NCBI GenBank assembly: GCA_002269645.1
Contig: NIVC01001189.1
Location: 124,001 to 188,000 of the forward strand
Direction of reading: 5' to 3'
Length of the DNA stretch: 64,000 bases
Source: Macrostomum lignano
Taxonomy: Eukaryota
In this document: positions 12,946 through 26,694 of the stretch, piece after piece
Layout of the letters: each line of letters starts with the position of its first letter
Numbering within the stretch: position 1 is the first letter of the stretch
Position numbers and translations under genes: made by a program
The notes under the pieces: model-generated
The model's database searches: none
What the model saw: only the letters and a program-made list of their open reading frames with translations
What the model was told of the DNA's origin: nothing

Positions 12946-14440
12946 GCGGAAAGTATGAAAAATTTTCTGCCTGGTGCTGCGATATCACTGAAAACCAAGT
13001 ATGAGTTCTGGTTTCTGGTTCTTCTACTTTCTCTTCGGCATTGCGCTCAGTCGCTTTTTCAGCCGTCCAACTGAGCGCACCGCTGCCTCTCTCCTTCCCC
13101 TGTCTTTTGTACCCTCGCCTCTTCTCAGCGAATTTCCGAGCACGGGCCAGCTGCGAGAAAGGCATCAGGCATTGCTGCGGCGACTGTAACAGATTGCTGC
13201 ACCGTGTTTCTCACCCCATCGTTCGAATTTATTGTCGGCTTCTCGTCCCGCTCGGGACTCAAACGACCCGCGCCCGACAATGGAGCAGAGTTGCCAGCTC
13301 AGGCGGTGGGGGGTGGGCGAACTCGAATACCAAGGCGAGTCAAGTGCTGCTATGCTACTCTATTGTGAGTGGACGTGTATTTGCTTTATTTTACCTCCGC
13401 GGACCCCGCGATGCGGCACAATAAATATTTGGGTGGGGGCAGGGCGTGATAGAGAGACAGCGCAGGTGTGGTGGCGGCGCCCCAGTTAGCAGAGGCCCGT
13501 CCAGGCTCAAAAAGATTCTGAAGTGGCCTTTGGCTGCGGCCGGTATTCCTGTCCCCCCCATTTGATACTCAGCGGCCCCCGTGACCCCACCGCCTGTAAA
13601 CCTGCCCCCCCCCCCCCAGTTTCTCAAGCGGCCATAAACAGTGCCCTAAAACTGTACCGAATTGGCGCGGAACCAAAATCTATTTACGAGCGTAAGATAT
13701 TAATTAAGAGCGTAAGAGCGTAAGTGATTATTCCAATTGGGAAGCGATAATTAATTTTTTAAAATTACCAAAATGATGAGCTTAACGTTTGAGGCGTTCA
13801 GAGGCTCATGAAGCATGCCTTTGTACTGATAGTAGTTTAGAGTGCATTTCAAAGGTAAAGAATATTCCGCTCTTTACTTTTGTTCGAACAGAAGTCTTTC
13901 CATTCTCTCCACCTGTAATTCACTAACCTACAAAGTTGCGTTCAGAGAAATTCAGGACCTGTGTAAGTATACGTACACCAGCGTATGTGTGTTCAGGGGA
14001 CATTGAGAAAGGCCTTAGTAGGAACTAACTATTGCCAACAGCTCCAAGGGACTCCAAACTCTATTCAATAATGAGTAGAAAATCCCCAGCAAAGTGTCTT
14101 GAAGGGAAAACTTAGAGAGAAGAGTAAGAATCGAAAAGTTCCATAAGTAGGTGCATATGAGTACTAGGGTGGCAAAATGCAAAAAGAAACGAGTCTGCTT
14201 AAGGCCCAAAGCCTAGAAGATTTTTGTTTTTTTACAAGCAGTAATGCTAGGCCAAACTACCAGCGCAGAGCCAGCCTTCCTGCTCCGGGAAACGGAAGTC
14301 AGCTGTCCTGATACAAAATCGAATCGCTGCGCAGGTGCGTGACACGTCAAAGGAACGGCTCAAAGGACAAAGAAAGCCGCGCACATATTGAATAAAGCAA
14401 AGAAAACTGCTTCAGCTGAAGCTCCTGACAGGCAACTCAC

Positions 14441-14568
14441 TGCGGCAGGGACCTCCGACCAACCATGGCCAGCATCGTCTGCCGGCTGCCGCCACCGCTG
14501 CCTCGGGCCTCCCGGTGCGGCGGCACCTGCGACCAGTCCACGGAAACTCGCTTGTTCCTGGCTTGCAT
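14441..14568 (-). CDS. PDE4: PDE4 alternative first exon E (MQARNKRVSVDWSQ...MVGRRSLP+CA)
   Basis: aaaATG at 14568 after an in-frame stop; 42 codons then CA|gtgagt phase 2; below the ORF-track size cut-off. Confidence 0.7.
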
Positions 14569-15664
14569 TTTCACCCGATCCGGCTGAGACTCTGCTCACC
14601 TCCGAGTCCGAGTCTGTCCGACCAATTTATCCTCATCCGGGCGCGTATTCGCCCTCTCGCTTCGCTGCCTCGACCAAATTCGACGTCACAATGGAGCAGC
14701 AAATCGTTTCGGCAAAAGCGTTATTTCTACCTTCCTATTCTCTCTCCCCCTCTCTCTTCTCGACCTTCTCAGACTAGCCGCATCTCGAGGTCCAGGGGCC
14801 ACCTGCATCGTTCACTGCGAAATCATTGATTGATTTGGAGGGGACGGTGAGCCTACGCGGCAATAAGTAAACCGCCGATGAAGGGGGCCGCAATGGTAAT
14901 TCGGCGAGCGCAGTAGGGCGTGTAAAAAATGATTGCGAGTCTCGGACCTGTAAATGCAATTCCTGAATACGTTTGATTTATCGGCTAACATTCGACGATT
15001 GTGTAAAAACAGACCAGCGAGAGGTCAAAACCAGAAGACATTTTTAATTGAGGAAAGAATTCGGATTCGATTACAAATACGCAAAAACGTCGCAAATATC
15101 ACTTTACTGACCAGTTTCTCAAAGGGAGCTGGGAAACTTGGGAAGAAGTAAAGCTACCTTCTTTCTCCACGCTAAGAGGATCTAAAGTGCTCTCGGCACC
15201 GAACAAGACTACCGTTGATTGGGCGCAGTTCCCACTCGTTCTGCAGTGCCAGCGTGGAGGGGACCTGGCCGGGGAAGAGATCAACATCCGACTAAATCGA
15301 ATTCGCCTTTCTGGCGCGACTTGATTGCACTTTGCGTGCGTGGCACTGTATTCAATCTCATTGCCGCTTCAGCCACATCTACCGGCACTAGAATCTATCT
15401 TCAGAGATTCTATGAGTGCTCACTCACAGCAATTGACTGGCAACCCCAGGGTGATACTCGAAGACCCTGAACTTTGATTTACCTTAGTACTTTCTCTGAA
15501 GTCCATGTAGCATAGAAGCTGTAACTGTAGAACTGATGTCAAAATTATTTTGTTCAAGCTATTGAATTTGAGCTTGGTGTTCTTGTTAAGACGTTACTAG
15601 AGCCTTAGTGCTAGTTACTAGGGATAGGTAGCTGAGCGTTAACGCATCCAACGCTAAAGCCCTT

Positions 15665-16490
15665 GGACTGTGGGTGAAGTGTTTGATGCGCTGGTTTTGT
15701 CCAGCAAAAGGACCGTGCGTGAAGTGTTTGATGTGCTGGGGTTGTCAAATCCAAGGACTGTGAGTGAAATTTTTGATGCGCTGGGGTTGTTAAATCCAAG
15801 GACTGTGGGAGAAGTGTTTGATGCGCTGGTGTTGTCCAGCAAAAGGACCGAGCGTGAAGTGTTTGATGCGCTGGTGTTGTCAAATCCAAGGACTGTTTTT
15901 GATGCGCTGGGGTTATCCAACCCAAGGACCGTAGGTGAAGTGTTTGATGCGCTGGGTTGTCCAATCCAAGGACTGTGAGTGAAATGTTTGATGCGCTGGG
16001 TTGTCCAACCCAAGGACTGTGAGTGAAATGTTTGATGCGCTGGTTTTGTTCAATCCAAGGACTGTGAGTGAAATGTTTGATGCGCTGGTTTTGTTCAATC
16101 CAAGGACTGTGGGAGAAGTGTTTGATGCGCTGGGGTTGTCCAACCCAAGGACTGTGAGTGAAATGTTTGATGCGCTGGTTTTGTTCAATCCAAGGACTGT
16201 GGGTGAAGTGTTTGATGCGCTGGGGTTGTCCAACCCAAGGACTGTGGGTGAAGTGTTTGATGCACTGGGGTTGTCTAATCCAAGGACTGTGGGTGAAGTG
16301 TTTGATGCACTGGGGTTGTCCAATCCAAGGACTGTGGGTGAAGTGTTTGATGCGCTGGGGTTGTCCAATCCAAGGACTGTGGGTGAAGTGTTTGATGCGC
16401 TGGGTTGTCCAATCCAAGGACTGTGGGTGAAGTGTTTGATGCGCTGGGGTTGTCCAATCCAAGAACTGTGGGTGAAGTGTTTGATGCGCT
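15665..16490 (+). repeat. 44-45-bp minisatellite
   Basis: Unit gtgggtgaagtgtttgatgcgctggggttgtccaatccaaggact. Confidence 0.95.
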
Positions 16491-17743
16491 AGCGCCGCAG
16501 AAAATAGATTTTAGGTACAAAACAGGCCCTGCGGCACGCGTTGTTCCGCTTACAAACGGCACCCCTATTTAAGGCTCAGAGAAGCCAACTAGAACAAGTC
16601 CGGCACGCGATTGAAATCTGAAGTTTATTTTTTAGCTCTTCCATGATTCCCTTTCCGATCAGATTTTCTGCTTGAAAGTGTTGATCCAGTCAAGCCCGCA
16701 ACACAGAGACGGCGACGCCCGGAGGGGAGAAAATTTGAGTAGCGAAAGAAGCCCAGCACGCGATCCGTGAGCACTTGAAAAGAAGCACCAAATATGTACT
16801 ATTACTATCGACAGAAAATAACATGACTGCCTCCATCTGATGGACCCACGGTTTTATGACACAATTAGCGAAATTAGCTCGGTGATATGGCTGGGAAACT
16901 GCGTAGTTTTTAATCAATCCGGCGATGTAATGTACGAGCTAACAACTAGCAGCGAGATTCACCTTTTTAACTGAAAAGCCAGTGCAATCAAAAGGTAGGG
17001 TGACAAAGCAATAAATTTTACTGCCCCATTCTCTGACCTAATGCTACATATAGACTATCTCACTGACGCTACTACCCTTACCATCGCTGTATCTATGGCC
17101 CGTCTCTCACTGACGCTACTACCCTTACCATCGCTGTATCTATGGCCCGTCTCTCACTGACGCTACTACCCTTACCATCGCTGTGTCTATGGCCCGTCTC
17201 TCACTGACGCTACTACCCTTACCATCGCTGTGTCTATGGCCCGTCTCTCTCACTGGAGCTACTACCCTTACCATCGCTGTGTCTATGGCCCGTCTCTCAC
17301 TGACGCTACTACCCTTACCATCGCTGTGTCTATGGCCCGTCTCTCACTGACGCTACTACCCTTACCATCGCTGTATCTATGGCCCACCTCTCACTGACGC
17401 TACTACCCTTACCATCGCTGTATCTATGGCCCGACTCTCTCACTGGAGCCACTACCCTTACCATCGCTGTGTCTATGGCCCGTCTCTCTCACTGGAGCTA
17501 CTACCCATACCATCGCTGTGTCTATGGCCCGACTCTCACTGGGGCTACTACCCTTACCATCGCTGTGTCTATGGCCCGACTCTCACTGGGGCTACTACCC
17601 TTACCATCGCTGTGTCTATGGCCCGTCTCTCACTGACGCTACTACCCTTACCATCGCTGTGTCTATGGCCCGACTCTCTCACTGGAGCTACTACCCTTAC
17701 CATCGCTGTGTCTATGGCCCGACTCTCTCACTGGAGCTACTAC

Positions 17744-18542
17744 CATGGATGAATGAATAGAATGGATTGCTATTCTGGCTCTGGCTATTTTCGTTTTTGA
17801 CTCTTTTGCATCCGGTTCCCCCCCCCCGTGCCTTTTCATTGGTTGATGATTGCCATAGACAATTTTCGGCCTTCGCCCCTTTCTTTCGATGCACAAGCGC
17901 AAAGAACTGAGAATCTCAGTTACTTGCAGAGAATATCGAGCGCTCGATATTCTCTGGTTACTTGTTTGTCAATTGAAGTTGTTAATTGAAGCAGAGGAAT
18001 GATAACAAATCCCCTGCAAATTACAACAGTAATGATTTCAGATTTTCATGTCGAGGGTGCGATGACAATGCTACAATAATGGTCAAGACAAACTGCGGTG
18101 CCATCTTCACATTGCTCATCCATTCGGTCAGTTGAAGTGGAGATTTGACAGGAAAAGAAAAGAAGCTGATATTCACTCCAGTGTCGTCCCGCATCCCTGA
18201 CTTGGATAGACATCCTAGTGCAGCACAGTAGCGCTTTGAGCCATTAGGCATGGTAGTGATAAAAGTAAAATAAGCAGTGAGTAAACAACAACAACAAGCG
18301 CAAAGAACTGATTTTATTGTAGACGAATCGACTCTCGAATCGTGCTTGTAGGTCTTCCCCCTTTATTTCAAAACACGAGCGAAAGCGCTTGTGCATCGAA
18401 AGAAAGGGGCGAAGGCCGAAAATTGTCTATGGCAATCATCAACCAATGAAAAGGCACGGGGGGGGGGGAACCGGATGCAAAAGAGTCAAAAACGAAAATA
18501 GCCAGAGCCAGAATAGCAATCCATTCTATTCATTCATCCATG
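17744..18542 (-). mobile_element. Non-autonomous P-superfamily element with ~157-bp TIRs, 8-bp TSD and truncated THAP ORF
   Basis: TIRs 17744-17900 / 18385-18542 starting CATGGATGAATG; TSD gctactac at 17736-17743 and 18543-18550; ORF 18021-18251 MPNGSKRYCAALGC...SFFSFP...W is a THAP N-terminus. Confidence 0.85.
17927..17956. mobile_element. 30-bp perfect palindromic insertion with 8-bp TSD
   Basis: cagagaatatcgagcgctcgatattctctg flanked by gttacttg on both sides. Confidence 0.8.
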
Positions 18543-21075
18543 GCTACTACCCTTACCATCGCTGTGTCTATGGCCCGTCTCTCTCACTGGAGCTACTACC
18601 CTTACCATCGCTGTGTCTATGGCCCGTCTCTCTCACTGGAGCTACTACCCTTACCATCGCTGTGTCTATGGCCCGTCTCTCACTGACGCTACTACCCTTA
18701 CCATCGCTGTGTCTATGGCCCGTCTCTCACTGACGCTACTACCCTTACCATCGCTGTATCTATGGCCCGTCTCTCACTGACGCTACTACCCTTACCATCG
18801 CTGTGTCTATGGCCCGTCTCTCACTGACGCTACTACCCTTACCATCGCTGTGTCTATGGCCCGTCTCTCACTGACGCTACTACCCTTACCATCGCTGTGT
18901 CTATGGCCCGTCTCTCACTGACGCTACTACCCTTACCATCGCTGTGTCTATGGCCCGACTCTCACTGGAGCTACTACCCTTACCATCGCTGTGTCTATGG
19001 CCCGACTCTCTCACTGGAGCTACTACCCTTACCATCGCTGTGTCTATGGCCCGTCTCTCACTGACGCTACTACCCTTACCATCGCTGTGTCTATGGCCCA
19101 TCTCTCACTGACGCTACTACCCTTACCATCGCTGTATCTATGGCCCGTCTCTCACTGACGCTACTACCCTTACCATCGCTGTGTCTATGGCCCGTCTCTC
19201 ACTGACGCTACTACCCTTACCATCGCTGTGTCTATGGCCCGTCTCTCACTGACGCTACTACCCTTACCATCGCTGTGTCTATGGCCCGACTCTCACTGGA
19301 GCTACTACCCTTACCATCGCTGTGTCTATGGCCCGACTCTCACTGGAGCTACTACCCTTACCATCGCTGTGTCTATGGCCCGACTCTCACTGGAGCTACT
19401 ACCCTTACCATCGCTGTGTCTATGGCCCGTCTCTCTCACTGGAGCTACTACCCTTACCATCGCTGTGTCTATGGCCCGTCTCTCACTGACGCTACTACCC
19501 TTACCATCGCTGTGTCTATGGCCCGACTCTCACTGGAGCTACTACCCTTACCATCGCTGTGTCTATGGCCCGTCTCTCACTGACGCTACTACCCTTACCA
19601 TCGCTGTATCTATGGCCCGTCTCTCACTGACGCTACTACCCTTACCATCGCTGTGTCTATGGCCCGTCTCTCACTGACGCTACTACCCTTACCATCGCTG
19701 TGTCTATGGCCCGACTCTCACTGGAGCTACTACCCTTACCATCGCTGTGTCTATGGCCCGTCTCTCACTGACGCTACTACCCTTACCATCGCTGTGTCTA
19801 TGGCCCGACTCTCACTGGAGCTACTACCCTTACCATCGCTGTGTCTATGGCCCGACTCTCTCACTGGAGCTACTACCCTTACCATCGCTGTGTCTATGGC
19901 CCGTCTCTCACTGACGCTACTACCCTTACCATCGCTGTATCTATGGCCCGTCTCTCACTGACGCTACTACCCTTACCATCGCTGTATCTATGGCCCGTCT
20001 CTCACTGACGCTACTACCCTTACCATCGCTGTGTCTATGGCCCGTCTCTCACTGACGCTACTACCCTTACCATCGCTGTGTCTATGGCCCGTCTCTCACT
20101 GACGCTACTACCCTTACCATCGCTGTGTCTATGGCCCGTCTCTCACTGACGCTACTACCCTTACCATCGCTGTGTCTATGGCCCGACTCTCACTGGAGCT
20201 ACTACCCTTACCATCGCTGTGTCTATGGCCCGACTCTCTCACTGGAGCTACTACCCTTACCATCGCTGTGTCTATGGCCCGTCTCTCACTGACGCTACTA
20301 CCCTTACCATCGCTGTGTCTATGGCCCATCTCTCACTGACGCTACTACCCTTACCATCGCTGTGTCTATGGCCCGTCTCTCACTGACGCTACTACCCTTA
20401 CCATCGCTGTGTCTATGGCCCGTCTCTCACTGACGCTACTACCCTTACCATCGCTGTGTCTATGGCCCGACTCTCTCACTGGAGCCACTACCCTTACCAT
20501 CGCTGTGTCTATGGCCCGTCTCTCACTGACGCTACTACCCTTACCATCGCTGTGTCTATGGCCCGTCTCTCACTGACGCTACTACCCTTACCATCGCTGT
20601 GTCTATGGCCCGACTCTCTCACTGGAGCCACTACCCTTACCATCGCTGTGTCTATGGCCCGTCTCTCACTGACGCTACTACCCTTACCATCGCTGTGTCT
20701 ATGGCCCGACTCTCACTGGAGCTACTACCCTTACCATCGCTGTGTCTATGGCCCGACTCTCACTGGAGCTACTACCCTTACCATCGCTGTGTCTATGGCC
20801 CGACTCTCACTGGAGCTACTACCCTTACCATCGCTGTGTCTATGGCCCGTCTCTCACTGGAGCTACTACCCTTACCATCGCTGTGTCTATGGCCCGACTC
20901 TCACTGGAGCTACTACCCTTACCATCGCTGTGTCTATGGCCCGACTCTCACTGGAGCTACTACCCTCCACAGCTCTGCCCTCCTATTGTTTTGTCTATGG
21001 CCCGACTGTCGCTGATTTCCCTCGTTCCCAAAAACGTTGATGCGTAGCATTTTAAACGAAGCGGCTCGCACTCAC

Positions 21076-21197
21076 ATCGCCAGGGTGTGCCTGCGGCACC
21101 GGTGCCTGGCTGAAAAGTTGCGCAGTTCGCCCAGATCGCCGAAGCTCTCTTCGTCCTGCTGGCTGACTAGCACAGTAGGCACTTGCAAACGGGCCAT
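21076..21197 (-). CDS. PDE4: PDE4 alternative first exon F (MARLQVPTVLVSQQDEESF...CRRHTLA+AT)
   Basis: ATG 21197 (an in-frame start is also annotated at 21278); GCG AT|gtgagt phase 2; RRHT motif. Confidence 0.8.
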
Positions 21198-22074
21198 GGT
21201 TGCGTTGCGGCGACTTTCTCTCTCAATAAAGATCAACCAGCTGGTTTGGGGCCGGGCAAAACAGGAAATAGAAAACAACTGGAGTTGACTGGCGGCGACC
21301 CGGGAGCGGAGATTATAGACTTAAGCCTCGACGGAACCCATCCTCCGGCGAAAGAGTGTGGCATAAGGGTGACTGAAAGTTAGTTTTTTTTTAAACTCAG
21401 CCGCTTGCCCCATTTTCAAGCCTTCGTCACTCTTTGGCCCGCTGCACAAGTGCTTAACGGCATTGGAGCGTGCGGGCAGCCTGGCTGAGCACTGGACGGG
21501 CGAATGAGTGGCCAGCCAAGAGCAGCGGGGGCAGAGAAGAGAGGAGAGAGCCGGGGCGGGAAAGATATCCTGCGACCGCGAGGCCGCTGCCGATTTTTGT
21601 GTTTTGTTTTGCCTGACTGAGCTCACAGCATGGGCTGGGAGCCGCCTTTCGACTCTGCCCCCCCCCCCCAACTCACCCGCTTCTGAAAGCCGGTGCCGCA
21701 CCGGCGCTTAGGGGATTCCGGCAAAAACGGGAAGAAGAAGAAGGCGGTGGAAAAAATTCCCATCCTCCTGCTCCCCATCATAGCAGCACAAATTCTGCAA
21801 TAGCTGCGCTATCGATGGCCGAACACGCGCGAATTCGAGCATGCGTGGAAAAACTGGCGATGGGGCAGCGAGCTTCTTCTAGGGGATGCAGAAGGAAATA
21901 AAAATTCACGACTGTGGAACAGAGGGCCGAGCTTTGGTCCTGGGGTTGTAAAATGAAACTATTAAATTTATGCAATGTGGAGCTCCCTTAATGGTCATTC
22001 TGGGGCGAGTTTAATCAAATCTTGGAAGAAGTTTTGAAGTTTTGCTTAGAAATCTGGGGTTTAAATTAGTATAA

Positions 22075-22740
22075 ACCCATCTAGAATGAGGACCCATCTA
22101 GAATGAGGACCCATCTGGAATGAGGACCCATCTAGAATGAGGACCCATCTGGAATGAGGACCCATCTGGAATGAGGACCCATCTGGAATGAGGACCCATC
22201 TGGAATGAGGACCCATCTAGAATGAGGACCCATCTGGAATGAGGACCCATCTGGAATGAGGACCCATCTGGAATGAGGACCCATCTGGAATGAGGACCCA
22301 TCTAGAATGAGGACCCATCTAGAATGAGGACCCATCTGGAATGAGGACCCGTCTGGAATGAGGACCCATCTGGAATGAGGACCCATCTGGAATGAGGACC
22401 CATCTGGAATGAGGACCCATCTAGAATGAGGACCCATCTAGAATGAGGACCCGTCTGGAATGAGGACCCATCTGTAATGAGGACCCATCTGGAATGAGGA
22501 CCCATCTGGAATGAGGACCCATCTGTAATGAGGACCCATCTGGAATGAGGACCCATCTGGAATGAGGACCCATCTGGAATGAGGACCCATCTGTAATGAG
22601 GACCCATCTGTAATGAGGACCCATCTGTAATGAGGACCCATCTGTAATGAGGACTCATCTGGAATGAGGACCCATCTGGAATGAGGACCCATGTGGAATG
22701 AGGATCCATCTGTAATGAGGACCCAACTAGAATGAGGACT
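22075..22740 (+). repeat. 17-bp minisatellite, array 1
   Basis: Unit atctggaatgaggaccc. Confidence 0.95.
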
Positions 22741-23559
22741 CAAGGAGCATGACGCTAGAAGTTGAGCAAGGCGGACGATTAAGCCAAATAAAAGTGCACA
22801 ACGACAAGTACTTATTCAGTGAGTAAAAGCAGGCAGATCGAGGGTCTGGCAATTCTGCCGGCTCTTCATCTCTCCATTCAGCGCTCTCACTCAGTCTCTC
22901 AGAGGTGCAATGTAAGGGAAATATATGAGCAGCAGGAGAGACTCCCTGGTTCCGGAGGCAAGGCAAGGAATCCCCCGGTGGTGCCTCATCAATTATCACT
23001 GCAGCTGGTCTGTCCGTGAAGCTTGAGCAGGAAAGTTGCGGAGGCCTACTGGGAGCACAGAAAATATGGAAACTGACGCAGCTCGATTCCCCTGGCGCAC
23101 CGGCAATCCCTGTGAGCAGTAGGCGGATTCCCCACTGTACCAGCCTACTCCGGAACTCGCAGATTTGAAGCAAACGGAGTCGCCACCTGTGTTTGCTGTG
23201 CGTGATCAGGTGTCGGCCTGCCTCCCTACCTTCTGCGCGGTAACTTTGTAATTTCCCCCGAAATGATATTAAACCAGAGAGAGGAAGAATAGTCTAACAA
23301 TTAAGAGTTAAACAAACCCCATAGCGAACTTCGGTGTGTGTGCTGCAGTTTGTGCTCAGCGTGCTCAACACTCGTGCTCAAGTACTCGAGTCCGATTCCG
23401 TGAGCGGCCACATTTATTTAGAGCTCCAGCACTAAAATTCGCCAGAGGACTGTTGTATCAAGGGCTCAGAAATGCCTGCATGCTGTCACCTTGGTTTTTC
23501 TGCAGAGGTCACAGCTCCCTAAGCGAAGTAACCGACTATAGTCCATCTAGAATGGAATG

Positions 23560-24160
23560 AAATGAAATGAGGACCCATCTGGAATGAAGAACTATCTGGA
23601 ATGAGGACCCGTCTGGAATGAGGACCCATCTGGAATGACGACCCATCTGGAATGAGGACCCGTCTGGAATGAGGACCCATCTGTAATGAGGACCCATCTG
23701 GAATGAGGACCCATCTGGAATGAAGAACTATCTGGAATGAGGACCCATCTGGAATGAGGACCCATCTGGAATGAGGACCCATCTGGAATGAGGACCCATC
23801 TGGAATGAGGACCCATCTGTAATGAGGACCCATCTGGAATGAGGACCCATCTGGAATGAGGACCCATCTGGTATGAGGACCCATCTGGAATGAGGACCCA
23901 TCTGGAATGAGGACCCATCTGGAATGAGGACCCATCTGGAATGAGGACCCATCTGGAATGAGGACCCATCTGGAATGAGGACCCATCTGGAATGAGGACC
24001 CATCTGGAATGAGGACCCATCTGGAATGAGGACCCATCTGGAATGAGGACCCATCTGGAATGAGGACCCATCTGGAATGAGGACCCATCTGGAATGAGGA
24101 CCCATCTGGAATGAGGACCCATCTGGAATGAGGACCCATCTGGAATGAGGACCCATCTGA
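23560..24160 (+). repeat. 17-bp minisatellite, array 2 (same unit and orientation as array 1)
   Basis: Unit atctggaatgaggaccc. Confidence 0.95.
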
Positions 24161-25585
24161 AATCTGGAATGAAATGAGGATCTGGAATGGAATGAGGAAC
24201 TAACCGACTAAAGCTGCATTCAACCAAAGAGGGGATCAGTTTCGTGAGCAGTTCTCCTGCAATGAGGAAAGTTGTTCTGTCATGCCCTTGTTTGAAATTC
24301 GTCATCTCTAATTGGGTCAGCGCCTTCGCTGCCAGTATCTGAAAGTTAAGCAGCCTTGGCCGCGGTTAGTACGTGGCTGAGGCAGGTCAAAGCTTGGCAT
24401 ATTTCTACAGTTTATATCTTCACGGTCAATTGTGAGACAGAGGCTTCAAATCACCTGACCTCTTTGTCAAATTAACTCTGCACCCCACAGTCCCTAATAG
24501 TCTAATTGCCCGAGCTACTCACTAGCTTGAGAATTGACAGCTACAAAACCAGGCGCAGTCGGAGCAGCGGGTCTCCGGTGGAGCCGATCGATTGGAGATT
24601 GAATTCCACTGACCGCGGCTTCAGAGCCAGGCCGGGCAGGCAGCGGCTTGATGGAGAAAGAGATTGAAATTGGATGAGGCAGGCGGGGCTAATGAGACTG
24701 CATGCGGGAGGCGCTAGGAGTGAGCATAAATGGGATTTGTTAAGTTTTCCTTCCCCGGACCAGATGGAGGCGAGAGTCAGTCTGGAGGCAACCTGCTCAA
24801 ACTGCTCACTTTGTCCAGCTGCACTTTTATGGAGATCCTAGTTTGACCAGAGCGAGCTCAATAATCATGTTTAGCTGCTTGCCAAAAGAACTCATTAGGA
24901 AAAGTGAGAAGTACTTTCCGAGCTTAAAACACCTGAGAACTGTAGTTTCCGATCCCCTGTTTCTTGGAATCCTCGGCTCATCTCGAATGTTTTCTTGGAA
25001 ACGAACTTTTCTGAAAGTAAATTGCTCTCTGCCTCTCTTTTTGCACTCCCAAAGTAACTTTTTCATTCCTTTCCTTTTTCTATTGGCACTGCTAAGCTTG
25101 TAGCTGGAGTGAGTAGTTTAGCTGTACTCTTCTGCTAATACCCTTCAGGCTAATATTTCCCATTTGAACTCTTAGCTTCACAAAGATCTGGAAGTTCTCT
25201 AAGCACCTGTTTTTCTCCTGGTTTCTCAGAAAATTAAGAAAAAAACAGAAATAGAAGAATGGCGCTGCTTTAGAGGCAATTAGGGATGCTGCTCGCTTTC
25301 TAGGAAGCAGGTGCGATCGATTTTTGGGGTTAACTGAGCTGGGATTTCAATTTCTGCCAGTACCGTCTCTCTGAGCAGTCAAAGGTAGCCAGTTTGCTGT
25401 GTAACTGAGACGAATAAAGAAAAAGCAATTGAGCTTGTAGAAGAAAGCGGAGAAATACTCCATTTATAATTTAATGCCAAACATGTTCGCTACCCAGAAT
25501 GCTACTTTTAGTAGTACGGTGCGGAAAATTCTATTCTGAAGTGCAGCTGGACACCGGACGGGCGGCCTGGGCCAAGCGGACTCAC

Positions 25586-25917
25586 GCTGAGCTGAAGCTC
25601 TTGGCCGGGCAAGGCCGTCGATGGCTGCTTCTGCCGGCCGGCGCCGCCGATGAGCAGTCCGACTTGGAGATGCGCAGCAGGTTGCGCCGCCGCCTGCGCC
25701 ACACCTCAGCGTCGCCGTGGGAAAAGTGCCGACTGGCGTAGCCGCCGCCGCCGCACAGGGCGCAGCTGTCTCTGGCTGCCTCGCTGTCCAGCACAATGGG
25801 AGGCACCGGCAGCGGCGGTAGCGAAGTTCGGTGAGACTGCGGCTTGTCAGCATCTGCCGCTTCATCATCCTGCCTGCTCCACAAGTGCTGCTGCTCCAGC
25901 TTGTGATCGACTGGCAT
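25586..25917 (-). CDS. PDE4: PDE4 alternative first exon G (MPVDHKLEQQ...PAKSFSS+GC)
   Basis: aaaATG 25917; TCA GC|gtgagt phase 2; 110 codons + 2 nt. Confidence 0.8.
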
Positions 25918-26694
25918 TTTTGCAATTCGGAATCTTCGGTTTGTTTTTTAGCCGTTCCTAAGTTTCTTTATGGTTTTTTCAGACATTTATTAATAAGCTG
26001 GCAGCCAATGATTGTTCGGAAAGGAAATCACTCGCTTCGAGTTGATTCCTGGATTCCAGGTCGGCCTTAGCTAGAATTTGGCTTCTGTACAAGGAGGCCC
26101 GCCCATCCACTCAGCTCCACCCGCCGTATCAGCAGGGCGCTCTCAAAGGAGAGAAACTAAAGAGGAACAGGAATAAAAGGGAGCAGAGGAAGGCGGTCCG
26201 GACACTCGATGAATCCGAGCCCTGCTCTGCCCCAGTTTTGCTTGGAGAGTAGGCCGCAAGCACTGAGAACCGCGAAGGGGGCCGGGGGGAACTCACCAAG
26301 GAAAATGAGGAGTCCAACCCCGCTATAGTCTTCCTCCCGTGACGCATGAAGCGGCCCCCCGCTGCGCTGCGCCTTATCAGCAGCATAAAATTTCTTTGTA
26401 GCCAGCAGCGAGCCAGCGGCCAACTCTCGCTAGACTCAGCCGGTTCGACTATTCTCCGGCTCTGCTGCACTTTTACTCTTCTTGATGACTATCTGAGTTG
26501 ACGGTTGAGTAGAACAGTTTAAAAAGCACAGTTTCTTTTGACGCAGAGTTACAGTCTGTTTACGAAGTAACTAAAAAAACAAAAACTATTTCTCGAATGG
26601 TTTTTGATAATTACGAGTACGTTGATACTGTATGCGTGGGAGGCTTAGGATTAGGGATTAAAGTTCTGACAGTACTGGACTTCGTGTGCATGCA

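Larger units (their letters stand above)
17054..20965 (+). repeat. 47-bp (47/49) minisatellite, roughly 65 copies, interrupted by a transposon at 17744-18542
   Basis: Unit ctcactgacgctactacccttaccatcgctgtgtctatggcccgtct with variant ctcactggagct. Confidence 0.95.

Noticed and set aside
17054-24160. Regular short repeats resembling CRISPR arrays
   Set aside because: Head-to-tail tandem units without unique spacers, eukaryotic context, no cas genes
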